Shown: positions 47,201 to 56,091 of the stretch, piece after piece
How positions within the stretch are numbered: position 1 is the first letter of the stretch
Layout of the letters: every line of letters starts with the position of its first letter
Source of the DNA: Candidatus Saccharimonadia bacterium
Lineage (GTDB): Bacteria > Patescibacteriota > Saccharimonadia > UBA4664 > SCTI01
Direction: 5' to 3'
Length of the DNA: 64,000 nucleotides
Assembly: GCA_046597065.1 (NCBI GenBank)
Contig: JBKJLI010000002.1
Coordinates: 116,071-180,070, forward strand
Translations under genes and position numbers: made by a program
Notes under the pieces: model-generated
Database searches by the model: none
Told to the model about the DNA's origin: nothing
The model's input: the letters and a program-made list of their open reading frames with translations, nothing else

Positions 47201-47885
47201 GTTCAGCGAGTATTTAGAACGTACTACAACGCCAATAGTCGATATTGGGGTTGAGCATGAGGGCCAGTCGGTGACGGTTGGTGGCTTAATTACGACTGTG
47301 CGCAAAATTACTACCAAAAATGGTGCCACCATGGCGTTTGTGGCAGTAGAGGACAAAAGCCAATCCGAGGGCAGGAGTAATAGCTTAGAGCTGATAGTTT
47401 TTCCGAAAGCTTACGAAAAAAGTCCTGAGCTATGGGAGCCGGACATGGTGGTAGCGGTACAGGGAAAAGTTTCAACCAAGGACCGCGATGGTCGGGTAGG
47501 TGAGATTAAAGTGATGGTTGATAAGGCGATTAAGGTTGACCCGCAGCTAGTAGTGGCTAGTGGCAAGCGGGTCGGCGCACCAAAGCTTACGAAAGCGGCA
47601 CCGTTAAAGTTGGCAGTAGCTGAGGCGGCAGCCCCTATCGCCCAAGTCTTGATCGAAATCAAACTGGCGTCAATGACTGATGTGGCGGTACTCACTGCCA
47701 TAAAAGATATCGTGTCGGCAGCGCCAGGCGATAGCGAGGTGCACTTGCACTTGCCCGGAACACCGGTAAAAAAGATTCGCATGCCTGGTGGAGTTACCAT
47801 TAGTGACAAGCTATTAGAACGGCTGCGATTGGTTGTTAAGGGTGGTAGTGTGGAGAAAATTGATTTAGTAGAGAGGGTGGCATAG
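44211..47885 (+). CDS. dnaE: DNA polymerase III subunit alpha
   Basis: 1224 aa with a GTG start. PHP domain HLHTHTHYSLLDG, polymerase core, (HhH) and an OB-fold C-terminus. Confidence 0.95.
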   Translation: MSQTTKDAAAKTATAANFVHLHTHTHYSLLDGLQKVPQLLDRVKELGMNAVALTDHGTLTGAIEFYNEAKKRDIKPIIGLEAYVAPRGMGDKTGKVDANPYHLILLAKNLTGYHNLMKLSTRAHLDGFYYKPRVDRELLAELKEGLIVLSGCASGEVAKHILNGSLDEAQATIEWYRDTFGKDNYYLELQDHEEWEPQIRINQGLIKLSKATGVPLVVTSDSHYTKRDDREAHEVLLCVQTGKTIGDTDRMEMDMALYVSSADEVAERWKEYPEAVANSLKIADACDIKLVMDRILIPRFPTPEGKQESGYLRELCWQGLMWRYGDIPKEDMHTASEERARKELPAAVVERADFELGVIGKMKYEGYFLIVADFVNWGKNQGIIFGPGRGSAAGAIIAYALNITDLDPLKYDLLFERFLNPDRISMPDIDIDIQDTRRDEVIAYVTEKYGQDQVAQIITFGTMAARNAVRDTGRALGMSYAEVDAIAKLVPQPVQGRHVPLSIAAGLKPAKGDLRPAPELVAEYQANPRAKNLIDLACKLEGTIRSNSVHAAGVVIAPDAIVNYTPLQRAQKGGICTQYSMNPIEQLGLLKMDFLGLSNLTIIKNTLRVIKRVHGVSIDIADIPLDDTKTYELFTRGDTTGVFQLESAGMKRYLRALKPTKFDDIVAMVALYRPGPMQFIDDFIERKHGRRRVSFEHSGMEAALSETYGILVYQEQFMQISKDMCGFTGGQADTLRKAIGKKQRDTMAKMKTAFIDGMVDHSKVERHFAETFWGQLEAFADYCFNKSHSACYALIAVQTAYLKANYPAAFMAALMTSNYDNIDKISMEVSECQRMGIKVLPPDVNESFLEFSVLPESGDIRFGLSAIKNVGTGAIEAVLLARETGGPFFGVEDFAKRVNAGEVNRKVWEALIKTGAMDRFGERWQLLFNLDTITSYASKAQKNALSGQIDIFGSMGVEDALPGIRMEHPPTAPDPREQLTWERELLGLYLSHHPLDEFSEYLERTTTPIVDIGVEHEGQSVTVGGLITTVRKITTKNGATMAFVAVEDKSQSEGRSNSLELIVFPKAYEKSPELWEPDMVVAVQGKVSTKDRDGRVGEIKVMVDKAIKVDPQLVVASGKRVGAPKLTKAAPLKLAVAEAAAPIAQVLIEIKLASMTDVAVLTAIKDIVSAAPGDSEVHLHLPGTPVKKIRMPGGVTISDKLLERLRLVVKGGSVEKIDLVERVA

Positions 47886-47936
47886 TCACCCCAGAGCCTT
47901 GATCTTAGGCCCAGATCATGCTAGATTACTTGGGTT

Positions 47937-48566
47937 ATGCATCCGACTATTACTGAAATTGAGACCCGCCACCGCAAGCCGGCCATTGCCGCCGTGCGAT
48001 CTGGTGATACCGTACGTGTTCACCAGCTGATTCGTGAAGGGGCCAAGCAGCGAGTGCAGGTGTTCGAAGGCGTGGTTATTCGTACAGACCGCATGGACAG
48101 CGTTACGGCCTCAATTACGGTTCGCCGGATAGCCAGCGGCATCGGAGTTGAAAAGACTTTTTTAATGCACTCTCCTAACATTGATAGGGTAGAGGTGATG
48201 CGCCGCGGTAAGGTTCGCCGTAATTATCTAACCTTTTTGCGAGATCGCCGCGGTAAGTCGGCTCGGCTAAAAGAGGTGGCCTTAGATCGTGATGAGGTTA
48301 ATGTGACCCCGGTTAAAGATGTTGTCATGGAAGACCCCATCGCTGACGCTGACGATAATGTTGATGCCGATATCACCGAGATTGATCCTGGTTCCGGCGA
48401 AGACGAGCTGAATCAAGCCGATGAATCTACCGAAGATGTTGCTAAAACTGAGTCCAAAGAGGCGGCGGCTGATGATGCGAATGCCGAAGACGGTGGTGGC
48501 GATGAGTCGGTGGCAGAAGTTGAAGAAGCCGAAATTGGCGTTGATAAGGCCGATAAAGCCGTATAG
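47937..48566 (+). CDS. rplS: 50S ribosomal protein L19 with ~95-aa acidic C-terminal extension
   Basis: The N-terminal 115 aa (…VRVHQLIREGAKQRVQVFEGVVI…RRGKVRRNYLTFLRDRRGKSARLKE) are canonical L19. The tail is D/E/A-rich low complexity. Confidence 0.85.
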   Translation: MHPTITEIETRHRKPAIAAVRSGDTVRVHQLIREGAKQRVQVFEGVVIRTDRMDSVTASITVRRIASGIGVEKTFLMHSPNIDRVEVMRRGKVRRNYLTFLRDRRGKSARLKEVALDRDEVNVTPVKDVVMEDPIADADDNVDADITEIDPGSGEDELNQADESTEDVAKTESKEAAADDANAEDGGGDESVAEVEEAEIGVDKADKAV

Positions 48567-48634
48567 TACAACTTAATAGTTAAGTTTTGATTAAAAAGTC
48601 CCGTATTACGGGGCTTTTTGGTATTGTTTAGTAT

Positions 48635-49309
48635 ATGGGGGCGATAATACATCCAACACGTGATGCCGAAAAGAGCTGGTGGCAAGCCGGTAAGCTACTA
48701 GTGGCCGGCATCGACGAGGTCGGTCGCGGGCCAGCGGCCGGGCCGGTAACCGTTGGGGCAGTTATATTGCCCCAAAATTGCCGGCTTCATGGGGTCGCAG
48801 ACTCCAAGCTGCTAACTGCGCCAGCTCGCATCCGGCTAGCCAGGCTAATTAAGCGCCAAGCTATAGCAGTTGGGCTGGGTTGGGCATCTTGCACTGAAAT
48901 CGACGACATTGGTATAACTGCTGCGCTCAAGCTAGCATCGATTAGGGCCATTGCCCAGTTAAATCCACAGCCAGTCGTTATCATACTGGATGGAAATCAT
49001 AACTATTTAGGTGACGAATACCTGGTGGATGTGGTTGTTAAGGCCGATCAAACCTGTATGGCTGCTGCTGCCGCCAGTGTTATTGCTAAGGTTGCTCGCG
49101 ATAACTATATGGAGTTAGTTGCCCAGCGACATCCCGAATACGGCTTGGCCTCAAATAAAGGCTATCTATCAACGGCGCACCTGGCTGCTCTTGAAGAACA
49201 TGGGCCCAGCCCAGCCCATCGGCATAGTTGGAAAGGAGTTGGAGTATCAGTAGTAACCCAGCCTCAAGCACAACCACGGCAGTCGGTAGGGCAGCTGAGC
49301 TTGCTGTAG
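48635..49309 (+). CDS. rnhB: Ribonuclease HII
   Basis: 224 aa. GIDEVGRGPAAGPV and the downstream DSK motif. Confidence 0.9.
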   Translation: MGAIIHPTRDAEKSWWQAGKLLVAGIDEVGRGPAAGPVTVGAVILPQNCRLHGVADSKLLTAPARIRLARLIKRQAIAVGLGWASCTEIDDIGITAALKLASIRAIAQLNPQPVVIILDGNHNYLGDEYLVDVVVKADQTCMAAAAASVIAKVARDNYMELVAQRHPEYGLASNKGYLSTAHLAALEEHGPSPAHRHSWKGVGVSVVTQPQAQPRQSVGQLSLL

Positions 49310-49626
49310 CCAACTGGCTTCAGCAACGCGGCCACCAAATTTTGGCCCAAAACTGGTGTATTCGTGGTGGTGAGCTCGATGTAGTATCAATTTTTAGGGG
49401 CCGTATACACGTGGTAGAAGTTAAATACCGACGGAGCGATCGGTTTGGTGGCGGACTTGATGCCATCACTCCACAAAAGCTACGCCGCGTACAAGCGACT
49501 ACTAGGTCTTGGTTAAGCCAGTATCCCGGCAGTTGGAGCGGTTATCAAATTGACGCAGCGGTTGTTTCCGGCTATCCAAAACCAACTAAAATCAACTATA
49601 TCCTCAACATTGCCCAGGTTGGCTGA
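49228..49626 (+). CDS. YraN family (UPF0102) endonuclease
   Basis: GRAAELAVANWLQQRGHQILAQNWCIRGGELDVVS...HVVEVKYR is the UPF0102 pattern. The only in-frame start gives an 82-nt overlap with rnhB. Confidence 0.7.
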   Translation: MERSWSISSNPASSTTTAVGRAAELAVANWLQQRGHQILAQNWCIRGGELDVVSIFRGRIHVVEVKYRRSDRFGGGLDAITPQKLRRVQATTRSWLSQYPGSWSGYQIDAAVVSGYPKPTKINYILNIAQVG

Positions 49627-49642
49627 TGATACAATAATTTGC

Positions 49643-51445
49643 ATGAGTAAGCTCGATATTAAAACTTCCTGGGATTTAAGCCCATTGTTGAGTGGTGACA
49701 ACGACCCCAAAATTGCGGATTATCGCAAACAAACGTCAGAAGCCACCGATGCTTTTGTTAAGAACTGGCGCGAACGCGATGATTATTTGCATGATCCTAA
49801 GATACTGCGCGAGGCGCTCGACGAACTGAAAGCTTGGGAGGAGATGCCAGGTAATGCTAATGAGGTGGTCTACTTTCATCTGCGGTCTGAAGTTGAAAGT
49901 GACAATGCTACCGTAAAAGCCAAATATGGTCAGGCAATGGAGTTTTATCAGTCAGTCATCGTAAAGATGCAGTTCTTCAACCTTAAATTGGGGCGGATCA
50001 ATCCCAACGATCAAAAGAAACTGATAGATGCGCCCGAACTGAAACCCTTTCGACATTATTTAGTGCGTATTTTTGAGTCTGCCAAACACCGGCTTAGTGA
50101 GCCCGAAGAGCGTATCTTGACCTTAAAGTCGACTGTTGCCCGAGATAAATGGATGCAAATGACTAACGATCTACTAGCAAAACTGCAACAAGAGACCATT
50201 AACGCTCAGGGGAAGAAGCAAAAACTCGGTCTGGAAGGTTTGATTGGACTGTTCGAATCCGAAAACCAAGACGTCAGGGATCAAGCCGCCGCCGCTTTTA
50301 ATCGGCTACTGCTAGAGACCTCCTTTACAGCAGAAGCCGAAATCAACGCCGTACTGTTAAACAAAAAGATAGATGATGAACTGCGTGGATATGACAGGCC
50401 TGACCAAGCACGCCATATATCAGATGATATTCCTACAATCGCTGTCGATAAGTTGGTAGAAGCGGTTAGCGGCCGGTTTGAAATCTCTAAACGCTACTAT
50501 CAACTCAAGGCAAAGTTAATGGGCAAGGACAAATTGGCCTATCATGAGCGAAATATTCCTTATGGGGAGGCCAACCAGGACCTGAAATACGCTGATGCTG
50601 TAGAGCTTGTAACCGACATCTTTACCGGCATAGACCCTCAGTTTGCGGAAATCTTTACCAGTGCAGTCGAAAATGGGCGGGTAGATGTTTATCCTAAGCA
50701 AGGAAAGCGGGGCGGAGCATTTTGCACGATTGATGGTAAGCAGCACCCAGTGCTAGTGTTATTAAACTATAACAACAAACTCAGTGACATCCGTACGATC
50801 GCGCATGAGTTTGGGCATGCTATTAATCACGAGCTATCACGCAAACAAAACTCACTCAATTTTGACATCGGGCTGGCAACAGCAGAAGTTGCTAGTACCT
50901 TCATGGAAAGTTTTGCTTCTGCTCGCTTGATCCGCGATGCTAATGAAGAGCTGGCCTTTGGGTTGATGCTAGGGGAGCTTGGCGATCTTGTATCAACTGT
51001 GTTTCGCCAAACCGCTTTTTATAACTTTGAAACGGATCTACACCGCGAGTTCCGTAAAAATGGCCATCTGACTTATCAAGATATTGGCAAGATTTTTCAA
51101 CGCCATATGATTTCATATATGGGTGATGCGGTTGAGCAGTCGCCCGGATCTGAAAACTGGTGGATATACGTGATGCATTTTCGGGTAATGTTCTACGTTT
51201 ACTCCTATACCTCGGGGAGTCTGATCTCTAGAGCACTGGCGGCAAAGGTTCGACAGGATCCAAAGTTTATCGACCAAGTTAAGCAGTTTCTATCATCTGG
51301 CACATCTAAATCACCAGATGAGGTATTTTTAAGTATGGGTATCAATATTACAGATAGTGGCTTCTGGAGTGAGGGGATAGACGAAATCGAAGCATTGCTA
51401 GACCGAACCGAGAAACTAGCCAAAAAACTAGGCAAAATCAACTAA
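49643..51445 (+). CDS. pepF: Oligoendopeptidase F (M3B family)
   Basis: It starts MSKLDIKTSWDLSPLL, the typical PepF N-terminus. HEFGHAINHE is the HExxH zinc motif with a downstream E. The upstream ATG at 49550 overlaps yraN and is less likely. Confidence 0.85.
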   Translation: MSKLDIKTSWDLSPLLSGDNDPKIADYRKQTSEATDAFVKNWRERDDYLHDPKILREALDELKAWEEMPGNANEVVYFHLRSEVESDNATVKAKYGQAMEFYQSVIVKMQFFNLKLGRINPNDQKKLIDAPELKPFRHYLVRIFESAKHRLSEPEERILTLKSTVARDKWMQMTNDLLAKLQQETINAQGKKQKLGLEGLIGLFESENQDVRDQAAAAFNRLLLETSFTAEAEINAVLLNKKIDDELRGYDRPDQARHISDDIPTIAVDKLVEAVSGRFEISKRYYQLKAKLMGKDKLAYHERNIPYGEANQDLKYADAVELVTDIFTGIDPQFAEIFTSAVENGRVDVYPKQGKRGGAFCTIDGKQHPVLVLLNYNNKLSDIRTIAHEFGHAINHELSRKQNSLNFDIGLATAEVASTFMESFASARLIRDANEELAFGLMLGELGDLVSTVFRQTAFYNFETDLHREFRKNGHLTYQDIGKIFQRHMISYMGDAVEQSPGSENWWIYVMHFRVMFYVYSYTSGSLISRALAAKVRQDPKFIDQVKQFLSSGTSKSPDEVFLSMGINITDSGFWSEGIDEIEALLDRTEKLAKKLGKIN

Positions 51446-51566
51446 TTATCACTTGACAAACATAAGCATTTATAGTACTATGGCGCACATGTCCTAGGCC
51501 TGGTGCTTTGGGCAAGTTGTTCGAAAACCTGGCCTACCCAAACCCCCGTTCCTGAGGAGGAACTAC

Positions 51567-52010
51567 ATGCGCAAGTATAGCTTCACCGAGTACATCAACT
51601 CGATCCTGTTCTGGGTCGTCCTTGCTGGAGTGTCCGCCTATTTTGGGGCCTCCCAGGATGCCACACTCTACGTGCTGACGGTGATTTTCGCCTTCGGTGC
51701 GGCCAAGAGCATGGTCGGTGCCATCAGGATGCGTCCGCACTACGATGACAAGGTGAACCAGATGCACGCCAAGAGAGCAATTCTGTTGGGGGTCGCATTC
51801 TTCGGCAGTTCTCTCTGGGCTCTGCAGTACTACGAAAGCGACTCGTTCGTCTACAGCTTCTTGCAGGGATCCGCGATCTTCGGAATCGTTGTCGTCGCCA
51901 TTGCGATGACCGTTATCGACATGACAGAGCAGCGGGGACAAGATCGCATCGATTACGACGACGCTGCCGGAGAGCCGGTACACGTCATGTACGTTCCGCG
52001 TCGCCGGTAG
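51567..52010 (+). CDS. Hypothetical 4-TM membrane protein (147 aa) in high-GC islet
   Basis: A GAGGAGG SD sits 6 nt upstream. There is a strong GC3 bias, and hairpin 52037-52067 follows. Confidence 0.55.
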   Translation: MRKYSFTEYINSILFWVVLAGVSAYFGASQDATLYVLTVIFAFGAAKSMVGAIRMRPHYDDKVNQMHAKRAILLGVAFFGSSLWALQYYESDSFVYSFLQGSAIFGIVVVAIAMTVIDMTEQRGQDRIDYDDAAGEPVHVMYVPRRR

Positions 52011-52036
52011 GCCCCTCGAACACCCGCGTCCCGTTA

Positions 52037-52067
52037 GGGGTGGTGCAGCTTTTAGCTGCACCACCCC
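52037..52067 (+). terminator. Hairpin GGGGTGGTGCAGC-TTTTA-GCTGCACCACCCC
   Basis: A perfect 13-bp stem 27 nt after the stop. There is no downstream T-run. Confidence 0.45.
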
Positions 52068-52189
52068 ACGGGGCGCTTGTCATTACTGCCCCAAATTGCT
52101 ATTATCCACATGAAGAGTCGGCCCCGGTCGGCTGTTTTTATCCCATCTTTTGATGGCACATTTAAATAACATTAGAATAGGAACTTAGT

Positions 52190-53443
52190 ATGAATGCACA
52201 GTTTATGGCCGCAATCGCCCAGATTGCCGAAGAAAAAAGTTTACCCCGCGAGACCATTTTAGAGACGGTAGAGGCTGCCTTAGCCGCCGCCTACAAAAAG
52301 GATTATGGCGACAAAGACCAAGTGGTGCGAGTAGCGTTAAATGAGCACACCGGAGAAATGAAAGTTTTTGTTTCAAAAGAGGTGGTGGCAGATGATAAGC
52401 CTGACGAAGACTTTAATGATCAGCTGCATATTCGATTAATAGACGCTAAAAAGACCGATAAAAAGGCTAAGCTAGGAACTGAAGATGAACCTTATATGGT
52501 AGAGTTTGCGGTCGATCCAGGCGAAGGCTTTGGCCGCGTAGCTGCCCAAACCGCCAAGCAAGTGATAATTCAGCGTCTACGTGAAGCCGAGCGTGAGATT
52601 ATTTTTAATGAGTACACCGATAAGGTTGAAACCATGCTGAACGGAAACGTCCAGAGGGTTGATGGCAACATTGTTTATGTTGATATCGGGAAAACCAACG
52701 GTGTGCTGTTTGCATCAGAGCAGATTCCTGGTGAGCGTTACTATCCCGGCCAACGCCTAAAAGTATTTTTGGTGCGAGTTGAGCAGTCGGCACGCGGGCC
52801 CCAGGTGGTGTTAAGCCGCGCCCACGCCAAAATGGTAGAGCGCTTGTTTGAGCTTGAGGTGCCCGAAATTGAGACCGGTACCGTAGAGATCATGGGCGTG
52901 GCCCGAGAGTCAGGTGTGCGTAGTAAAGTAGCGGTGAAGTCAAATAGCGATAGCGTTGACCCAGTAGGTACGTTTGTTGGTGGCCGCGGCGCTCGCGTTC
53001 AGGCCGTGATGGGTGAGCTTGGTGAGGAGAAGATCGACATCATCCTTTTTAGTGAGGATGCCGAAACTTACATCATCAACGCTCTTAGCCCAACCAAGGT
53101 TATCGCCGTTACTTTGGATGAAGCCGATCGCAAAGCCATTGTGAAAGTTCCCGAGGATCAGTTAAGTTTAGCTATTGGTAAACAAGGGCAAAATGTGCGT
53201 CTAGCTGCCAAGCTAACTGGCTGGAATATCGACATTACTAGTGCTGATGAAAGCAAGATAGAGGCTACGGCCGATGCTGCCGCTCCCGAGCCTAAGCCGG
53301 GTCGTAAAGATTTAGAGGGTTCGCTAATTGATGCGGTTAATAGCCAGGTTGACGGTGGGGAAGTTACAAAAGAGCCTCAGAATGAGCCTGAGCATATCAC
53401 CGAGTTAAAGCCCGAAAATGATCCTGCCGACAAGCCAGAATAA
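52190..53443 (+). CDS. nusA: Transcription termination/antitermination factor NusA
   Basis: 417 aa. NusA N-terminal domain, S1 and two KH domains (…IDIILFSEDAETYIINALSP…VRLAAKLTGWNIDI), and an acidic C-terminal tail. Confidence 0.9.
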   Translation: MNAQFMAAIAQIAEEKSLPRETILETVEAALAAAYKKDYGDKDQVVRVALNEHTGEMKVFVSKEVVADDKPDEDFNDQLHIRLIDAKKTDKKAKLGTEDEPYMVEFAVDPGEGFGRVAAQTAKQVIIQRLREAEREIIFNEYTDKVETMLNGNVQRVDGNIVYVDIGKTNGVLFASEQIPGERYYPGQRLKVFLVRVEQSARGPQVVLSRAHAKMVERLFELEVPEIETGTVEIMGVARESGVRSKVAVKSNSDSVDPVGTFVGGRGARVQAVMGELGEEKIDIILFSEDAETYIINALSPTKVIAVTLDEADRKAIVKVPEDQLSLAIGKQGQNVRLAAKLTGWNIDITSADESKIEATADAAAPEPKPGRKDLEGSLIDAVNSQVDGGEVTKEPQNEPEHITELKPENDPADKPE

Positions 53444-53570
53444 GTGCTAAAATAACTAAAGACGCCGTGGGCGGCGTAGACTGAAAAAATTCCTCAAAAT
53501 CCGATATTGTACTTGGCACTCTAGGCCATAGAGTGCTAATATAGGGATAATTAGTAAGGGATGGTAGCTA

Positions 53571-56051
53571 ATGTCTGTAGAGTTTGGGCCCCAGTTTGAT
53601 CGTTTTACCGAGAACGCCAAGCAGAGCTTGGAGCATGCTGATGCTGTCGCCCGATCAATGGCATCGAGTTATATTGGCACCGAACACATTTTACTGGGAA
53701 TTTTGCAGCAGGATGGTTCGATTGGGGCCAAGATTCTACGTAATGCGGGGGTAACTTTAGAGAAGGCTCAGATGGTGCTGAGCTTTTCGCCAAAAGTAAT
53801 TGCTCACAATCACAAGGGCTTAAGCGAGACTGCCAAAAACACACTTACACTTTCGTGGCGGGTCGCCAGTGAGTTTGGCCAGCCTTATTCCGGTACCGAG
53901 CACATTTTGTTCGCGCTGTTAAGCCAAAAAAACGCCCGTTCTAATACTTTGTTGCGTGAAATGCAGGTCGATCCGATGCTGGTGCGCGGTGAGCTGGAAA
54001 GCTATCTTAGCAACCAACAGTTCTTTCCGGTTGATGAGCCAGTCACTGCTGGTACTGGACAGCGCGGCAAAAAGGTTAAATCCAAAACGCCAGCACTTGA
54101 TAATTTTGGCGTCGATCTGACAGCTAAGGCTAAAGATGGTCTGCTCGATCCAGTGGTTGGCCGCGAAACCCAAATCGGTCGCGTCATCACCATATTGAAC
54201 CGTCGCTCTAAGAACAATCCGGTTTTAATTGGTGAGCCTGGGGTTGGTAAGACGGCAATTGTTGAGGGCCTGGCTCAACGTATTATTAGTGAAGACGTAC
54301 CGGAAATGTTGCAGAACAAGCGGGTGATCATGCTTGATTTGGCTAGCGTAATCGCCGGTACCAAGTACCGTGGCGAGTTTGAAGAGCGTTTAAAAAAGCT
54401 ACTCGACGAGGTTACGGTTAACAAAGCGGTAATACTGTTTATTGATGAGCTGCATACCGTAGTTGGAGCCGGAGCCGCCGAAGGTGCGATTGATGCTGCC
54501 AATATCTTAAAGCCAGCCTTGAGCCGCGGTGAGATTCAAGTGATTGGCGCCACAACTTTGGATGAGTACCGCAAGCATATCGAAAAAGACTCGGCATTAG
54601 AACGGCGATTTCAGCCGGTTCAGGTACCAGAGGCCACAGTTGATGAAACCATCCAGGTGCTTTATGGTCTGCGCCCGCGCTATGAGGAGCATCACCGAGT
54701 AGAGATTTCTGATGAGGCAATTATTCAGGCAGCCAAGCTAGCCCATCGCTACATTGCCGATCGCTTTTTGCCCGATAAGGCAATCGATCTTATTGACGAG
54801 GCGGCTTCGCTGGTGCGAATTATGCGCGGCGGGGTAAGCCGACCGGTCCGCACTCTGCAAAAACAGCTAGCGGTCGCGCAGACAGAGATAGAGGAGGCGG
54901 TTAATGAACAAGACTTTGAACTGGCGGCTAAGTTAAAGACGCGTGCAAGTTTACTTGAGCAGCGCGTACATGCGGCCAAAGCTCGTGATGGTAGCGGGGA
55001 TGAATCACTGCGCATTATTGCCGAAGATATTGCACAGGTAGTAAATGTTATGACCGGCATACCGGTAACACGGCTTGTGGATATTGAGGTCAAAAGCTTG
55101 GTTGATTTAGATAATCGCTTGCAAAAGCACATTATTGGCCAAGATGAGGCAGTGGCCTCTATTGCCAAAGCCATCCGACGTAGTCGCACTGGCATAAGTG
55201 ATGCTCGACGTCCAATTGGTTCATTTATCTTTTTAGGGCCAACTGGAGTCGGGAAAACCGAACTAGCCAGAGTCTTGAGCGAAGAGGTTTTTTCAAGTCG
55301 TGAGTCGATGATTAAAATTGACATGAGTGAGTTTATGGAAAAGCACAACGTGGCCCGTTTGGTTGGCGCCCCGGCCGGATACGTTGGCTACGATGAGGGA
55401 GGTCAGTTAACCGAAATGGTTCGCCGCTCACCCTATAGCTTGGTTTTGTTTGATGAAATTGAAAAGGCTCATCCGGATGTGTTCAACATGCTCCTGCAAG
55501 TACTCGAAGACGGTTACATGACCGATGCCAAAGGTCGCCGAGTCGACTTCCGTAATACCATAATTATTATGACCAGCAACGTTGGAGCCGAAACCATGTA
55601 TCAAGAGGCTCAGTTGGGCTTTCAAGCTAAAACTCAGGCCGAAGAAAAGCAACTTGAACGACACCATGAGCGAGTAAAGGAGCAGGTGTTGGCCGCGCTA
55701 AAAAAGAGCTTTCGCCCAGAGTTTTTAAATCGGGTCGATGATGTGGTGGTATTCAAATCACTATCAAAACCAGAGATCGGGAGGATATTAGACTTGCAGT
55801 TGGCCGAGCTAACAACACGCGTCAAAGAGCAAGGCCTCAGCTTGCGCTTTTCATCGACCGCTAAAGATCTGCTAGTATCCAAGGGCTACAACGTTGATCA
55901 GGGCGCTCGGCCAATGCGCCGCGCCATCCAGGATTTGATTGAGGATCCGCTGGCGGTTGGTGTGTTGAGCGGCGAGTTTAAGGATGGCGACACTATTAGC
56001 ATCACGGCCAAGGATGGTCAGTTGAAGCTGCGAGTACCGACTAAAGCATAG
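53571..56051 (+). CDS. clpC: ATP-dependent Clp protease ATP-binding subunit ClpC (class III Hsp100)
   Basis: 826 aa. Two Clp_N repeats, AAA-1 ([15 protein letters not shown]), a UVR-like linker, AAA-2 ([15 protein letters not shown]), and a ClpB D2-small domain. Confidence 0.9.
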   Translation: MSVEFGPQFDRFTENAKQSLEHADAVARSMASSYIGTEHILLGILQQDGSIGAKILRNAGVTLEKAQMVLSFSPKVIAHNHKGLSETAKNTLTLSWRVASEFGQPYSGTEHILFALLSQKNARSNTLLREMQVDPMLVRGELESYLSNQQFFPVDEPVTAGTGQRGKKVKSKTPALDNFGVDLTAKAKDGLLDPVVGRETQIGRVITILNRRSKNNPVLIGEPGVGKTAIVEGLAQRIISEDVPEMLQNKRVIMLDLASVIAGTKYRGEFEERLKKLLDEVTVNKAVILFIDELHTVVGAGAAEGAIDAANILKPALSRGEIQVIGATTLDEYRKHIEKDSALERRFQPVQVPEATVDETIQVLYGLRPRYEEHHRVEISDEAIIQAAKLAHRYIADRFLPDKAIDLIDEAASLVRIMRGGVSRPVRTLQKQLAVAQTEIEEAVNEQDFELAAKLKTRASLLEQRVHAAKARDGSGDESLRIIAEDIAQVVNVMTGIPVTRLVDIEVKSLVDLDNRLQKHIIGQDEAVASIAKAIRRSRTGISDARRPIGSFIFLGPTGVGKTELARVLSEEVFSSRESMIKIDMSEFMEKHNVARLVGAPAGYVGYDEGGQLTEMVRRSPYSLVLFDEIEKAHPDVFNMLLQVLEDGYMTDAKGRRVDFRNTIIIMTSNVGAETMYQEAQLGFQAKTQAEEKQLERHHERVKEQVLAALKKSFRPEFLNRVDDVVVFKSLSKPEIGRILDLQLAELTTRVKEQGLSLRFSSTAKDLLVSKGYNVDQGARPMRRAIQDLIEDPLAVGVLSGEFKDGDTISITAKDGQLKLRVPTKA

Positions 56052-56091
56052 ATACATTCGCTTTATGTTCGGTTTATGCTAGCATTTAAGT

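Noticed and set aside
54749-55348. A 199-aa antisense ORF inside clpC. Similar antisense or internal ORFs occur inside uvrB (7675-7947, 8363-8671), uvrA (11369-11680), the PBP gene (58772-59083) and the GC-rich islet (51534-52064, 176 aa).
   Set aside because: They are fully embedded in well-supported genes on the opposite strand or in other frames. They are Ser/Ala/Arg-rich and have no RBS, so they are typical shadow ORFs.
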